From: an uncultured Lachnospiraceae bacterium
Lineage (GTDB): Bacteria; Bacillota; Clostridia; Lachnospirales; Lachnospiraceae
Assembly: GCA_944381515.1 (NCBI GenBank)
Contig: CALWLM010000118.1
Coordinates: 37,137 to 101,136 of the forward strand
DNA length: 64,000 nucleotides
Direction: 5' to 3'
The position numbers and the translations under genes are program-made. The first letter of the stretch is position 1; each line of letters opens with the position of its first letter. Positions 1-7,615 of this stretch are shown one piece after another. The notes beneath the pieces are model-generated. The model made no database searches. It had not been told where the DNA came from and saw only the letters and a list, made by a program, of their open reading frames with translations.

Positions 1-497
1 AGGACGGCGTTATTCAGCAGGTGGGAACGCCTCAGGAGGTGTTCGACCATCCGGCCAATCTGTTTGTCGCCGGTTTCATCGGCGTGCCTCAGATGAATTT
101 CTATGACGCCGAGCTTGTGCGGGACGGCGCCGGAGTCTATGCAGTAAAAATTGACAACGTCTACATCCGTCCTTCCGATGAAAAGCAGGAGAACCTTCGC
201 CGGAATAATACGGAGCCTCAGAGCATTACCCTGGGCGTGAGACCGGAGCATATCGTTCTGGCCGATGAAGGCGAAAACGTGCTGCACGGCACGGTGGAGG
301 TGACGGAGATGATGGGAAGCGCCGTTCATCTGCATGTCAACTTCGGCGGCAGAGACAGTATTATCATCGCTCAGACCATGAGCCTCGGCGGTAAGAATCC
401 GGCCCATTTCGGAGCGGGAAGCACGCTGGCTTTCAGCTTTGACGGCGATGTGATTCATATGTTTGGCAAGAAGGATGGGAAAAATCTGGAGGCCTGA
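1..497 (+). CDS. sugar ABC transporter ATP-binding protein, C-terminal part (MsmX/MalK-like; 5' end outside window)
   Basis: The ORF enters from the window edge. The tail (FVAGFIGVPQMNF..., TOBE-like regulatory C-terminal domain) matches MalK/MsmX-type ATPases. No cognate permeases are adjacent. Confidence 0.6.
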   Translation, partial: DGVIQQVGTPQEVFDHPANLFVAGFIGVPQMNFYDAELVRDGAGVYAVKIDNVYIRPSDEKQENLRRNNTEPQSITLGVRPEHIVLADEGENVLHGTVEVTEMMGSAVHLHVNFGGRDSIIIAQTMSLGGKNPAHFGAGSTLAFSFDGDVIHMFGKKDGKNLEA

Positions 498-576
498 GCG
501 GCAGAGCAAAGGTTTATTAAAAGTTTGAATGCAAGACAGCTGAAAACACCACTGTAATGAAAATACTGCTGCAATG

Positions 577-643
577 AAAACACCGCAGCCGTGAAGCGTG
601 AAGACTTGATTTTTAGTCTGAGGCTTTTCGGCTGCGGTGTTTT
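577..643. terminator. stem-loop terminator between convergent ATPase and nrdD genes
   Basis: A 15-bp inverted repeat AAAACACCGCAGCCG / CGGCTGCGGTGTTTT is followed by a T-rich tract (tttcttcggtttgttttttg). It lies between the stops of two convergent genes. Confidence 0.55.
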
Positions 644-708
644 ATGCGCTTTCTTCGGTTTGTTTTTTGCTTGCCTATTTCTCTCTGTTTCTCTGTTTTG
701 CTCTGCTT

Positions 709-3141
709 TTATCTCTGCTCCGCGTACCTTTTAATCTCGGAGGTGTTGCGGTAGGCTTCGTACTGATCGCCGTGGACAACTACCAGCGTGGGAGCCTGGC
801 GGACGCCGTAGCGGCTCACCAGATCGGCATGCTCATCGGCGTCGATCTTGTCGTAAGTCAGATGGGCGCTGGTAAGGTAAGCATCGGCCATGCGGCAGTT
901 AGGGCAGGTCTTGGTGGTAAAGAGATACAGATGGCTGCCGCCCGCAGGCGCCGCGCAGGCTTTTGGAGACGGCGGAACGTCTTTTTCATTTTCGGACACC
1001 AATGGCGTTTCGGAGGAATTGGTCTGAGCAGGCCGGTTTTCCTCCATAAGAGGATCTGGCATATAGCGGGAGCGGCCAATATCATAGACCTTGCGTTCCT
1101 TGAATTCCTGAGCCTTGCCGTCGTTCCAGTTCTGCACCGGGCGGTAGTAACCGGTAATCCGGCTGTATACCTCTGTGGCGGCTCCGCAGATGGGACATTT
1201 GTACTGCTCACCGGAAAGATAGCCGTGATCCTTGCAGATAGAATAGGTGGGCGAAAGGGTATAGTAGGGAAGCTTATAATTCTCCGCAATCTTTCGCACC
1301 AGGGAAGCGGCGGCCTTCCAGTCGGGCAGCTTCTCGCCCAGGAAGGCATGAAACACCGTGCCGGAGGTGTAGAGAGTCTGCAGCTCGTCCTGAACATCCA
1401 GTGCGGCGAAGATATCCTCCGTATATCCCACAGGCAGATGGGAGCTGTTGGTATAATAGGGGGTTCCGCCGGGTTCGCTGGCTGTGATAATGCCGGGGAA
1501 CTGCTCTACATCGTGCTTGGCCAGGCGGTATGCGGTGGATTCCGCCGGGGTGGCCTCCAGGTTGTAAAGATCGCCATACTGTTCCTGGTAGTCAGACAGC
1601 CGTTCACGCATATGATTCAGGACGTCCTTGGCAAACTGCTGCGTCTTTTCATGGGTCAGATCAGCCTGAATCCAGGAGGCATTGAGCCCCGCTTCATTCA
1701 TTCCTACCAGACCGATGGTGGAAAAATGATTATCAAAGGTACCCAGATACCGTTTGGTATAGGGGTAGAGTCCTTCGTTCAAAAGCTTGGTGATCACGGT
1801 CCGCTTGGTCTTTAAGGAGCGGGCGGAAATGTCCATCAGGCGATCCAGCCGCTCATAGAAATCCTTTTCATCCTTGGCCAGATAGGCGATTCGGGGCATA
1901 TTGATGGTGACGACGCCTACAGAACCGGTGGACTCGCCGCTGCCAAAAAAGCCGCCGGATTTTTTGCGCAGCTCTCTCAGATCCAGCCGCAGGCGGCAGC
2001 ACATGCTGCGCACATCGCTGGGAGCCATGTCGCTGTTGATGTAGTTGGAAAAGTAAGGAGTGCCGTATTTGGCGGTCATTTCAAAGAGCAGGCGATTGTT
2101 CTCGGTCTCCGACCAGTCGAAATCCTTGGTAATAGAGTAGGTGGGGATCGGATATTGGAAGCCGCGGCCGTTGGCGTCTCCCTCGATCATGGTCTCGATG
2201 AAAGCCTTGTTGACCATATCCATCTCCCGCTTGCAGTCCTTGTAGCAGAAATCCATCTCCTTGCCGCCTACGATGGCCGGCAGATCTGCCAGGTCATCGG
2301 GCACGGTCCAGTCCAGGGTTATATTGGAAAAAGGAGCCTGCGTACCCCAGCGGCTGGGAGTATTTACGCCGTAAATAAAGGATTCAATACATTTCTTGAC
2401 CTGCTCGTAAGAGAGATTATCCGTCTTTACAAAGGGGGCCAGGTAGGTGTCAAAAGAGGAGAAGGCCTGAGCGCCGGCCCACTCGTTTTGCATGATGCCC
2501 AGGAAATTGACCATTTGGTTGCACAGGGTGGAGAGATGTTTGGCAGGAGCAGAGGTGATCTTGCCGGTAATGCCGCCCAACCCTTCCTGAATCAGCTGCT
2601 TTAGAGACCAGCCGGCGCAGTAGCCGGTGAGCATGGACAGATCGTGGATATGAATATCAGCGTTTCTGTGTGCGTCGGCCACCTCGTCGTCATAGATTTC
2701 GGAAAGCCAGTAGTTGGCGGTGATGGCGCCGCTGTTGCTCAAGATCAGGCCGCCCACCGAATAGGTGACGGTGGAATTTTCCTTGACGCGCCAGTCGTTG
2801 ACCTTTACATAGTTGTCCACCAGTTCCTTGTAATTGAGAAGTGTGGACTTGGCATTGCGCACCTTCTCTCTCTGGCGGCGATACAGGATGTAGGCCTTGG
2901 CTACATCGGCATAGCCGGCCTGGCTCAGCACAGATTCCACACTGTCCTGAATGTCCTCCACCTGAATGATGCCGTTTTTGATTTTCGGTTCAAAGTCCGC
3001 CGTTACCCGCAGAGCAAGAAAATCGATGATGTCCGGATGATACTGTTTTTTTCTGGCGTCAAAAGCCTTTGTAATAGCTGCGCTGATCTTTTTTATGTCA
3101 AAATCAGTGACTTTGCCGTCCCGTTTCATTACCTGATACAT
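709..3141 (-). CDS. nrdD: anaerobic ribonucleoside-triphosphate reductase (class III) with a C-terminal thioredoxin/glutaredoxin-like (NrdH/YruB-like) domain
   Basis: An N-terminal ATP-cone (MYQVMKRDGKVTDFDIKKI) and the glycyl-radical motif RITGYYRPVQNWNDGKAQEF sit near residue 680. These are followed by a ~45-aa low-complexity linker and a 75-aa thioredoxin-fold segment with a CPNC dithiol motif. The RBS AAGGGAGGG precedes the ATG at 3141. Confidence 0.9.
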   Translation of the reverse strand: MYQVMKRDGKVTDFDIKKISAAITKAFDARKKQYHPDIIDFLALRVTADFEPKIKNGIIQVEDIQDSVESVLSQAGYADVAKAYILYRRQREKVRNAKSTLLNYKELVDNYVKVNDWRVKENSTVTYSVGGLILSNSGAITANYWLSEIYDDEVADAHRNADIHIHDLSMLTGYCAGWSLKQLIQEGLGGITGKITSAPAKHLSTLCNQMVNFLGIMQNEWAGAQAFSSFDTYLAPFVKTDNLSYEQVKKCIESFIYGVNTPSRWGTQAPFSNITLDWTVPDDLADLPAIVGGKEMDFCYKDCKREMDMVNKAFIETMIEGDANGRGFQYPIPTYSITKDFDWSETENNRLLFEMTAKYGTPYFSNYINSDMAPSDVRSMCCRLRLDLRELRKKSGGFFGSGESTGSVGVVTINMPRIAYLAKDEKDFYERLDRLMDISARSLKTKRTVITKLLNEGLYPYTKRYLGTFDNHFSTIGLVGMNEAGLNASWIQADLTHEKTQQFAKDVLNHMRERLSDYQEQYGDLYNLEATPAESTAYRLAKHDVEQFPGIITASEPGGTPYYTNSSHLPVGYTEDIFAALDVQDELQTLYTSGTVFHAFLGEKLPDWKAAASLVRKIAENYKLPYYTLSPTYSICKDHGYLSGEQYKCPICGAATEVYSRITGYYRPVQNWNDGKAQEFKERKVYDIGRSRYMPDPLMEENRPAQTNSSETPLVSENEKDVPPSPKACAAPAGGSHLYLFTTKTCPNCRMADAYLTSAHLTYDKIDADEHADLVSRYGVRQAPTLVVVHGDQYEAYRNTSEIKRYAEQR

Positions 3142-3225
3142 ATATACCCTCCCTTACCTTCCCGTGATTGGCCGTCCATAAAGACGCGCCCGGATACTGC
3201 TTATCATAGCACGGATAAAAGACTG

Positions 3226-3283
3226 AGTCAATATATTGAGGACAACTCCCGATATTTCCCTTTTAAACCACAAGATATTGTGA
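3226..3283. promoter_or_regulatory. two candidate NrdR boxes upstream of nrdD
   Basis: agtCAATATATTGagg (inner 10-mer 3229-3238) and ccaCAAGATATTGtga (3271-3280) fit the palindromic NrdR-box core CwAtATaTwG. Their centres are 42 bp (four helical turns) apart and ~100-150 bp upstream of the nrdD start. Confidence 0.45.
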
Positions 3284-3346
3284 AAGCCTCGGACGGCGGC
3301 CGCGAGGGGAGCGTGCCTGCACGCGCAGCCGCGCGGACATCGGACG

Positions 3347-4039
3347 CTATACCCCCCGCAGCTGTGCCGCCGGCACATAGGGCAGGACAAGAAGACGGTA
3401 TTTTTCCATTTCCTCTGCGTTCAGACCGTGCAGGCCGGAGCGTATCACGGTATCTGAGGCTGCGAAGCTTTGCAGATAATAGCGGCTGGCGCCCTGGATC
3501 AGCCGGCCGATGGAAAGCATGTCCTCCGGCCGATGGAACTCACGCACTATTGTGGTGCGAAATTCATAGGGTACGGTTCCTTTCATCAGCCAGGAGATGG
3601 ATTCTCCAATGGGAGTCAGATCAAACCCTGCGGGGAGGCCTGCGGTTTCCGGATAGCGCTCCGGGCTGTTTTTAATGTCCATTGCTATGTAATCGATCAG
3701 CCCTTTTTCTGCCAGAGCCTGGAGGCGGTCGGGAAAGCTTCCGTTGGTGTCAAGCTTGATCAGGTAACCCAGAGAACGAATGCGGGAGAGAAAATCTTCG
3801 ATGCCGTCCGAGAGCAGCGGTTCCCCTCCCGTGACGCAGACGCCGTCCAGGATACCGGTTCGCTTTTTCAAAAAGTTAAAAAAATCTTCCTCGGATATCC
3901 CGGGGCCGTTCGGGGTAAGCACCAGGTCCCGGTTGTGGCAGAAGGGACAGCGAAAATTGCAGCCGCCGGTGAAAACGGTGCAGGCCACCTGCCCCGGATA
4001 ATCTAATAGAGTCAGTTTTTGTAAGCCGCGTACATTCAT
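3347..4039 (-). CDS. nrdG: anaerobic ribonucleotide reductase activating protein (radical SAM)
   Basis: CNFRCPFCHN radical-SAM cysteine motif, ~230 aa, typical NrdG N-terminus. The RBS AAGGAG lies 5 nt before the ATG. The gene sits upstream of nrdD on the same strand. Confidence 0.9.
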   Translation of the reverse strand: MNVRGLQKLTLLDYPGQVACTVFTGGCNFRCPFCHNRDLVLTPNGPGISEEDFFNFLKKRTGILDGVCVTGGEPLLSDGIEDFLSRIRSLGYLIKLDTNGSFPDRLQALAEKGLIDYIAMDIKNSPERYPETAGLPAGFDLTPIGESISWLMKGTVPYEFRTTIVREFHRPEDMLSIGRLIQGASRYYLQSFAASDTVIRSGLHGLNAEEMEKYRLLVLPYVPAAQLRGV

Positions 4040-4272
4040 TGGTTCTCCTTTATTTTTCGGTTATTTCCGGTTATCCTCTGTCAGGACCGGGATATTGGCA
4101 GATCGCATCTTTGTTCTTCTTTCTTAATATATCAAAAAACAGAAGAAATTCAACCGGACCGGACAGGAGTCTGTCATGCGGCCAGGCAGAAATAAATGAC
4201 GGATGAATTGATTCATGCTATAATTATTCCGGGGGTATGGAGAGGGAAACAAGAAGAAAGCGGAGGTGCGAG

Positions 4273-4428
4273 ATGAATAAAAGCGGTATAAGCAACTATT
4301 TGTATATTATAGCGGGGATTCTGTTCCTTGCTTGCGCCATATTGGGAGGCAGCGCTGCCTTTTATGCTCTGGGCCTTTTCTTTATAATTCTTGGAGTTAC
4401 AGAGGCCAAAAAGGATAAAGACAACTAA
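4273..4428 (+). CDS. hypothetical small membrane protein (51 aa, two predicted TM helices)
   Basis: The ATG at 4273 is preceded by GGAGGTG. The product is hydrophobic (ISNYLYIIAGILFLACAILGG...LGLFFIILGV). I recognise no homology. Confidence 0.3.
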   Translation: MNKSGISNYLYIIAGILFLACAILGGSAAFYALGLFFIILGVTEAKKDKDN

Positions 4429-4499
4429 TTTATTTCAATACAGAGCGGACAGGCACTGTTTTTGCTGAATGCTCAACCTTTGAAGGACGGAAAGAAAAA

Positions 4500-5294
4500 A
4501 TGACAATCAACGAATATCAGAAACTGGCTCTGCGGACAGCCAATCCGGCCATGTCCCGGCAGGAAATGCTGATTAACGGCGTAATGGGACTGTGCGGAGA
4601 GTCGGGAGAGGTCATCGATATAGTGAAGAAGCATCTGGCTCAGGGGCATGAGCTGGACCGGGAACATCTGGCCCAGGAGCTGGGGGATGTGGCCTGGTAT
4701 CTGGCGGAGACCGCCTATGTACTGGGATTTTCTCTGGAGGAAATTCTTCAGGGGAATATTGATAAACTGAAAAAACGCTTTCCCGAGGGATTTGAAGAGG
4801 AACGGTCTGTAAACCGTCTGAGCCTTCGGCAGTACCGGCCGGAGGATCTGCCTGCCATGGAACAGCTTTTTTATGACACGGTACATGAAGTCTGTGCGGC
4901 GGACTACAGCGAGGAACAGCTGGCTGCCTGGGCGGACGGTCACGTGGATTCGCAGGCCTGGAATGCTTCTTTTTTATCTCATTATACGATGACGGCCTGG
5001 ATGGGCGATGTCCTGGTCGGCTTTGCAGATCTGGATGAGGGCTGCTCTGCGGCTTATCTGGACCGGCTTTATGTACACAGAAATTATCAGACACAGGGAA
5101 TAGGACGGGAGCTGGCGGAATGTATGGAACGCAGGGCCTGGACTGTGGGGGCCGGAGAGATTACGGTCCATGCCTCTGTGACAGCCCGGCCTTTCTTTGA
5201 ACGGCTGGGGTATAGGGTCCGGCGGGAGCAGCAGGTGGTGCGCCATGGCGTAAGCCTTAATAATTTTGTCATGAGTAAGAAACTGAAGGAGTAA
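4500..5294 (+). CDS. MazG-like nucleotide pyrophosphohydrolase fused to a GNAT N-acetyltransferase
   Basis: Residues 1-100 resemble the small all-alpha MazG/YpjD family (EYQKLALRT...GLCGESGEV...ELGDVAWYL). Residues 110-264 carry GNAT motifs (YLDRLYVHRNYQTQGIGREL). Confidence 0.6.
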   Translation: MTINEYQKLALRTANPAMSRQEMLINGVMGLCGESGEVIDIVKKHLAQGHELDREHLAQELGDVAWYLAETAYVLGFSLEEILQGNIDKLKKRFPEGFEEERSVNRLSLRQYRPEDLPAMEQLFYDTVHEVCAADYSEEQLAAWADGHVDSQAWNASFLSHYTMTAWMGDVLVGFADLDEGCSAAYLDRLYVHRNYQTQGIGRELAECMERRAWTVGAGEITVHASVTARPFFERLGYRVRREQQVVRHGVSLNNFVMSKKLKE

Positions 5295-5372
5295 GCAAAA
5301 AGGGATCAAGCAAAAGGCAGATCCGATAAAAAGGGAAAAATAAAGGAACCAAGTAAAGGAAGCAAATAAAAA

Positions 5373-5404
5373 GGGGGCCATGTCCGGATGCCGGCATGAC
5401 CCCC
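5373..5404 (-). terminator. rho-independent terminator of the GH65 operon
   Basis: A GC-rich hairpin GGGGGCCATG...CATGACCCCC is followed on the minus strand by TTTTTATTTGCTT, directly after the GH65 stop at 5456. Confidence 0.6.
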
Positions 5405-5455
5405 TCGGCGATTATATCTGCCGCCGCAAAAGGAAAGAAGATAGTATCAGGCTGT

Positions 5456-7615
5456 TTATTTATCTTGTTCCGGAATTTCCGTAAGACTGCTTTGCTTGCT
5501 GGTGATGTCGGCCCGGTAACGCCTGCCTTGGTAGCTAAAGGAGAAGGCCAGGCGGTTCCATGCGGAGGGAAGCCTGGGAGAGAGGGAGGGATGTCCGTCC
5601 TCAAAGCTCAGTCCGGCGAAGCCAAATACCACGGCCTGCCAGGTTTCGCCGAAGCAGGCCAGATGCAGGCCTTCTTTGCCGGTATTGTTCATCAGCTCCT
5701 TTAAATCTAGAAACAGCGCTTTGGAAAAGTAGGTTTCCGCCGCGTCCATGATTCCGTTCTGCGCGGCAAAAAGCGCGTGGGAGGCAAAGCTCAGGGTGGA
5801 ATCATGGAGGCAGAGGGGCTCGAAATCCTGCCATGCCGCTTTTTTCTCCTCGGAGGAAAATTCCCCGGGGAGTCTGGTCATCAGAAGCAGAACATCGGCC
5901 TGCTTGATTACCCGATAGCGCTGCAGCCGATCGAAGCATACCTGGTGATAGCTGGCTTCGTCGCCTTTTTTTATTGTCCGTATGTCTGCCGGCTCCAGCC
6001 GGCTCAAGGTCTCGTCCTGAAGCCAGCGGCCGGTCCGGGGATCTCTGGGAAGCGTGATGCCAGCGGCGAATTCCTCCCAGCTGTCACGTTCCTTCTTGGT
6101 TAAATGCAGGCGCTGATACTGCTCTGGATCAAGATGCTCCAGAATATCGGCGGCCTGCGCGGCGATCCTCATGTTGTGCTGCACCATTTTGTTAGTGAAA
6201 AGATTGTTGGAGGTAATGCCGCAGTATTCGTCGGGGCCTTTGCAGAACAAAAGATTCTGTCTGCCGGTATCGGGGTCTTTGGTGTAGCGGCTCGGCCAGA
6301 AACGGGCTGTCTCAATCAGGGCCTCCGCTCCTCCCCGCAGGAAAAAGTCCAGATCCCTTGTGCAGTCCATATACTGTCCCAGAGCGTAGGCCACATCGGC
6401 GGTCACATGAACCTCACTGCTGCCGATATCCCAGGTCTCGCATTGCTCGCTGCCATCCAGGGCCACCATCCAGGGGTAGCGGGCTCCCGTCCCGTTCATT
6501 CTGGCTGCATGGGCCTTGGCCTGAGGTAGTGTTTTTACGCGAAAACTCATCAGGCTTTTGGCTGCCTGCGGGTCGGTAAACAGATAGAAAGGCATCATAA
6601 ACAGATCTGTGTCCCAGAAATAGCAGCCCTTGTAACGGGTGTGCGTCAGGCCGCGGGCGCCGATATTGACGGAATCGTCACGGGCGGAGCAGTTGACAAT
6701 CAGCTGGTATATGGCATAGCGCATAGCGGTCTGGGCCTGCTTATCACCTTCGATTACCACATCGGTCTGCTGCCATTTGCGGGCCCACCATTCCCGTTCT
6801 TTTTCCTCCAGTTCGTCGAAGGACCAGGAGGGGGGAGCGGGCTGGATTTCACTGTCTGTGTCGCGGCTGGTGGTAATGGATGAGAGCTTTTCGATGCAGC
6901 AGCTCTGTCCGGCGCTCAGATCACAGCTAAAGCGCAGCCCGGCGGCTTGCTCCGGCTCTGCGAAGGGAGAGGCGGGCAGAGGGCAGCGGTATCTTACGGA
7001 CAGCTTCATCCGCAGATCTGAAACTATGGTTGCCGCTTCTATGGAAAATCCGTCCTTTGCAAAGCAGGGCCCTGTGCAGCGGGTGTAGAGCCGTGTCTCT
7101 GTGGCCTCCTTTACTTGATCGTCCGGCACCGGCTGGTTGCGGCAGCAGAGTTCCGCGCCGCTTTCCACGGTCAGATGCAGGTCCTGCCTGGCAAGAAGGC
7201 GGGTGCGCTGCATCAGAAGGGCCGGGTTTGTTATGGAAAACAGCCGTTCTTCTGTTATCAGAATTACCTTATCCTTAACGCCCGCGCTGTAGGTGAGACT
7301 TAACTTGCCGCAGCTTAAATCCAGATCCCTCTGCACTGGTGAAAGCAGGGTGGGATATTCTCCGTCTATTTGAATCTTTTCCCAGACGGGCGTGGGCAGG
7401 TTGACAAAATCCGTGATGGTTCCCTGGTAGTAGTCAAAAAATCCTGCGATAAACATGCCGGTCTGGGTGGGGCGGGAAATGGGCCGCAGAGCCGGATACC
7501 CCCGCAGTCCCATTCGTCCGTTGCCGGTAAAGAAGATACTTTCGGCAAACAGATCGTCAAAAGAACTGGTATCTGTGCGTACATGCCAGCCGTCAAGTTG
7601 AATGTCATTTCTCAT
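5456..7615 (-). CDS. glycoside hydrolase family 65 phosphorylase (maltose/kojibiose/nigerose/trehalose phosphorylase class)
   Basis: N-terminus MRNDIQLDGWHVRTD...FFTGNGRMGLRGYP is typical of GH65. I chose the start at the ATG at 7615 with a GGAGGG RBS. This is not the longer track ORF; that ORF would overlap the upstream gene by ~125 nt. Confidence 0.85.
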   Translation of the reverse strand: MRNDIQLDGWHVRTDTSSFDDLFAESIFFTGNGRMGLRGYPALRPISRPTQTGMFIAGFFDYYQGTITDFVNLPTPVWEKIQIDGEYPTLLSPVQRDLDLSCGKLSLTYSAGVKDKVILITEERLFSITNPALLMQRTRLLARQDLHLTVESGAELCCRNQPVPDDQVKEATETRLYTRCTGPCFAKDGFSIEAATIVSDLRMKLSVRYRCPLPASPFAEPEQAAGLRFSCDLSAGQSCCIEKLSSITTSRDTDSEIQPAPPSWSFDELEEKEREWWARKWQQTDVVIEGDKQAQTAMRYAIYQLIVNCSARDDSVNIGARGLTHTRYKGCYFWDTDLFMMPFYLFTDPQAAKSLMSFRVKTLPQAKAHAARMNGTGARYPWMVALDGSEQCETWDIGSSEVHVTADVAYALGQYMDCTRDLDFFLRGGAEALIETARFWPSRYTKDPDTGRQNLLFCKGPDEYCGITSNNLFTNKMVQHNMRIAAQAADILEHLDPEQYQRLHLTKKERDSWEEFAAGITLPRDPRTGRWLQDETLSRLEPADIRTIKKGDEASYHQVCFDRLQRYRVIKQADVLLLMTRLPGEFSSEEKKAAWQDFEPLCLHDSTLSFASHALFAAQNGIMDAAETYFSKALFLDLKELMNNTGKEGLHLACFGETWQAVVFGFAGLSFEDGHPSLSPRLPSAWNRLAFSFSYQGRRYRADITSKQSSLTEIPEQDK

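Noticed and set aside
637-1815. 392-aa plus-strand ORF
   Set aside because: It lies entirely antisense to the strongly supported nrdD gene. It has a low-complexity Ala/Gly/Arg-rich translation typical of a GC-rich antisense frame, and no RBS.
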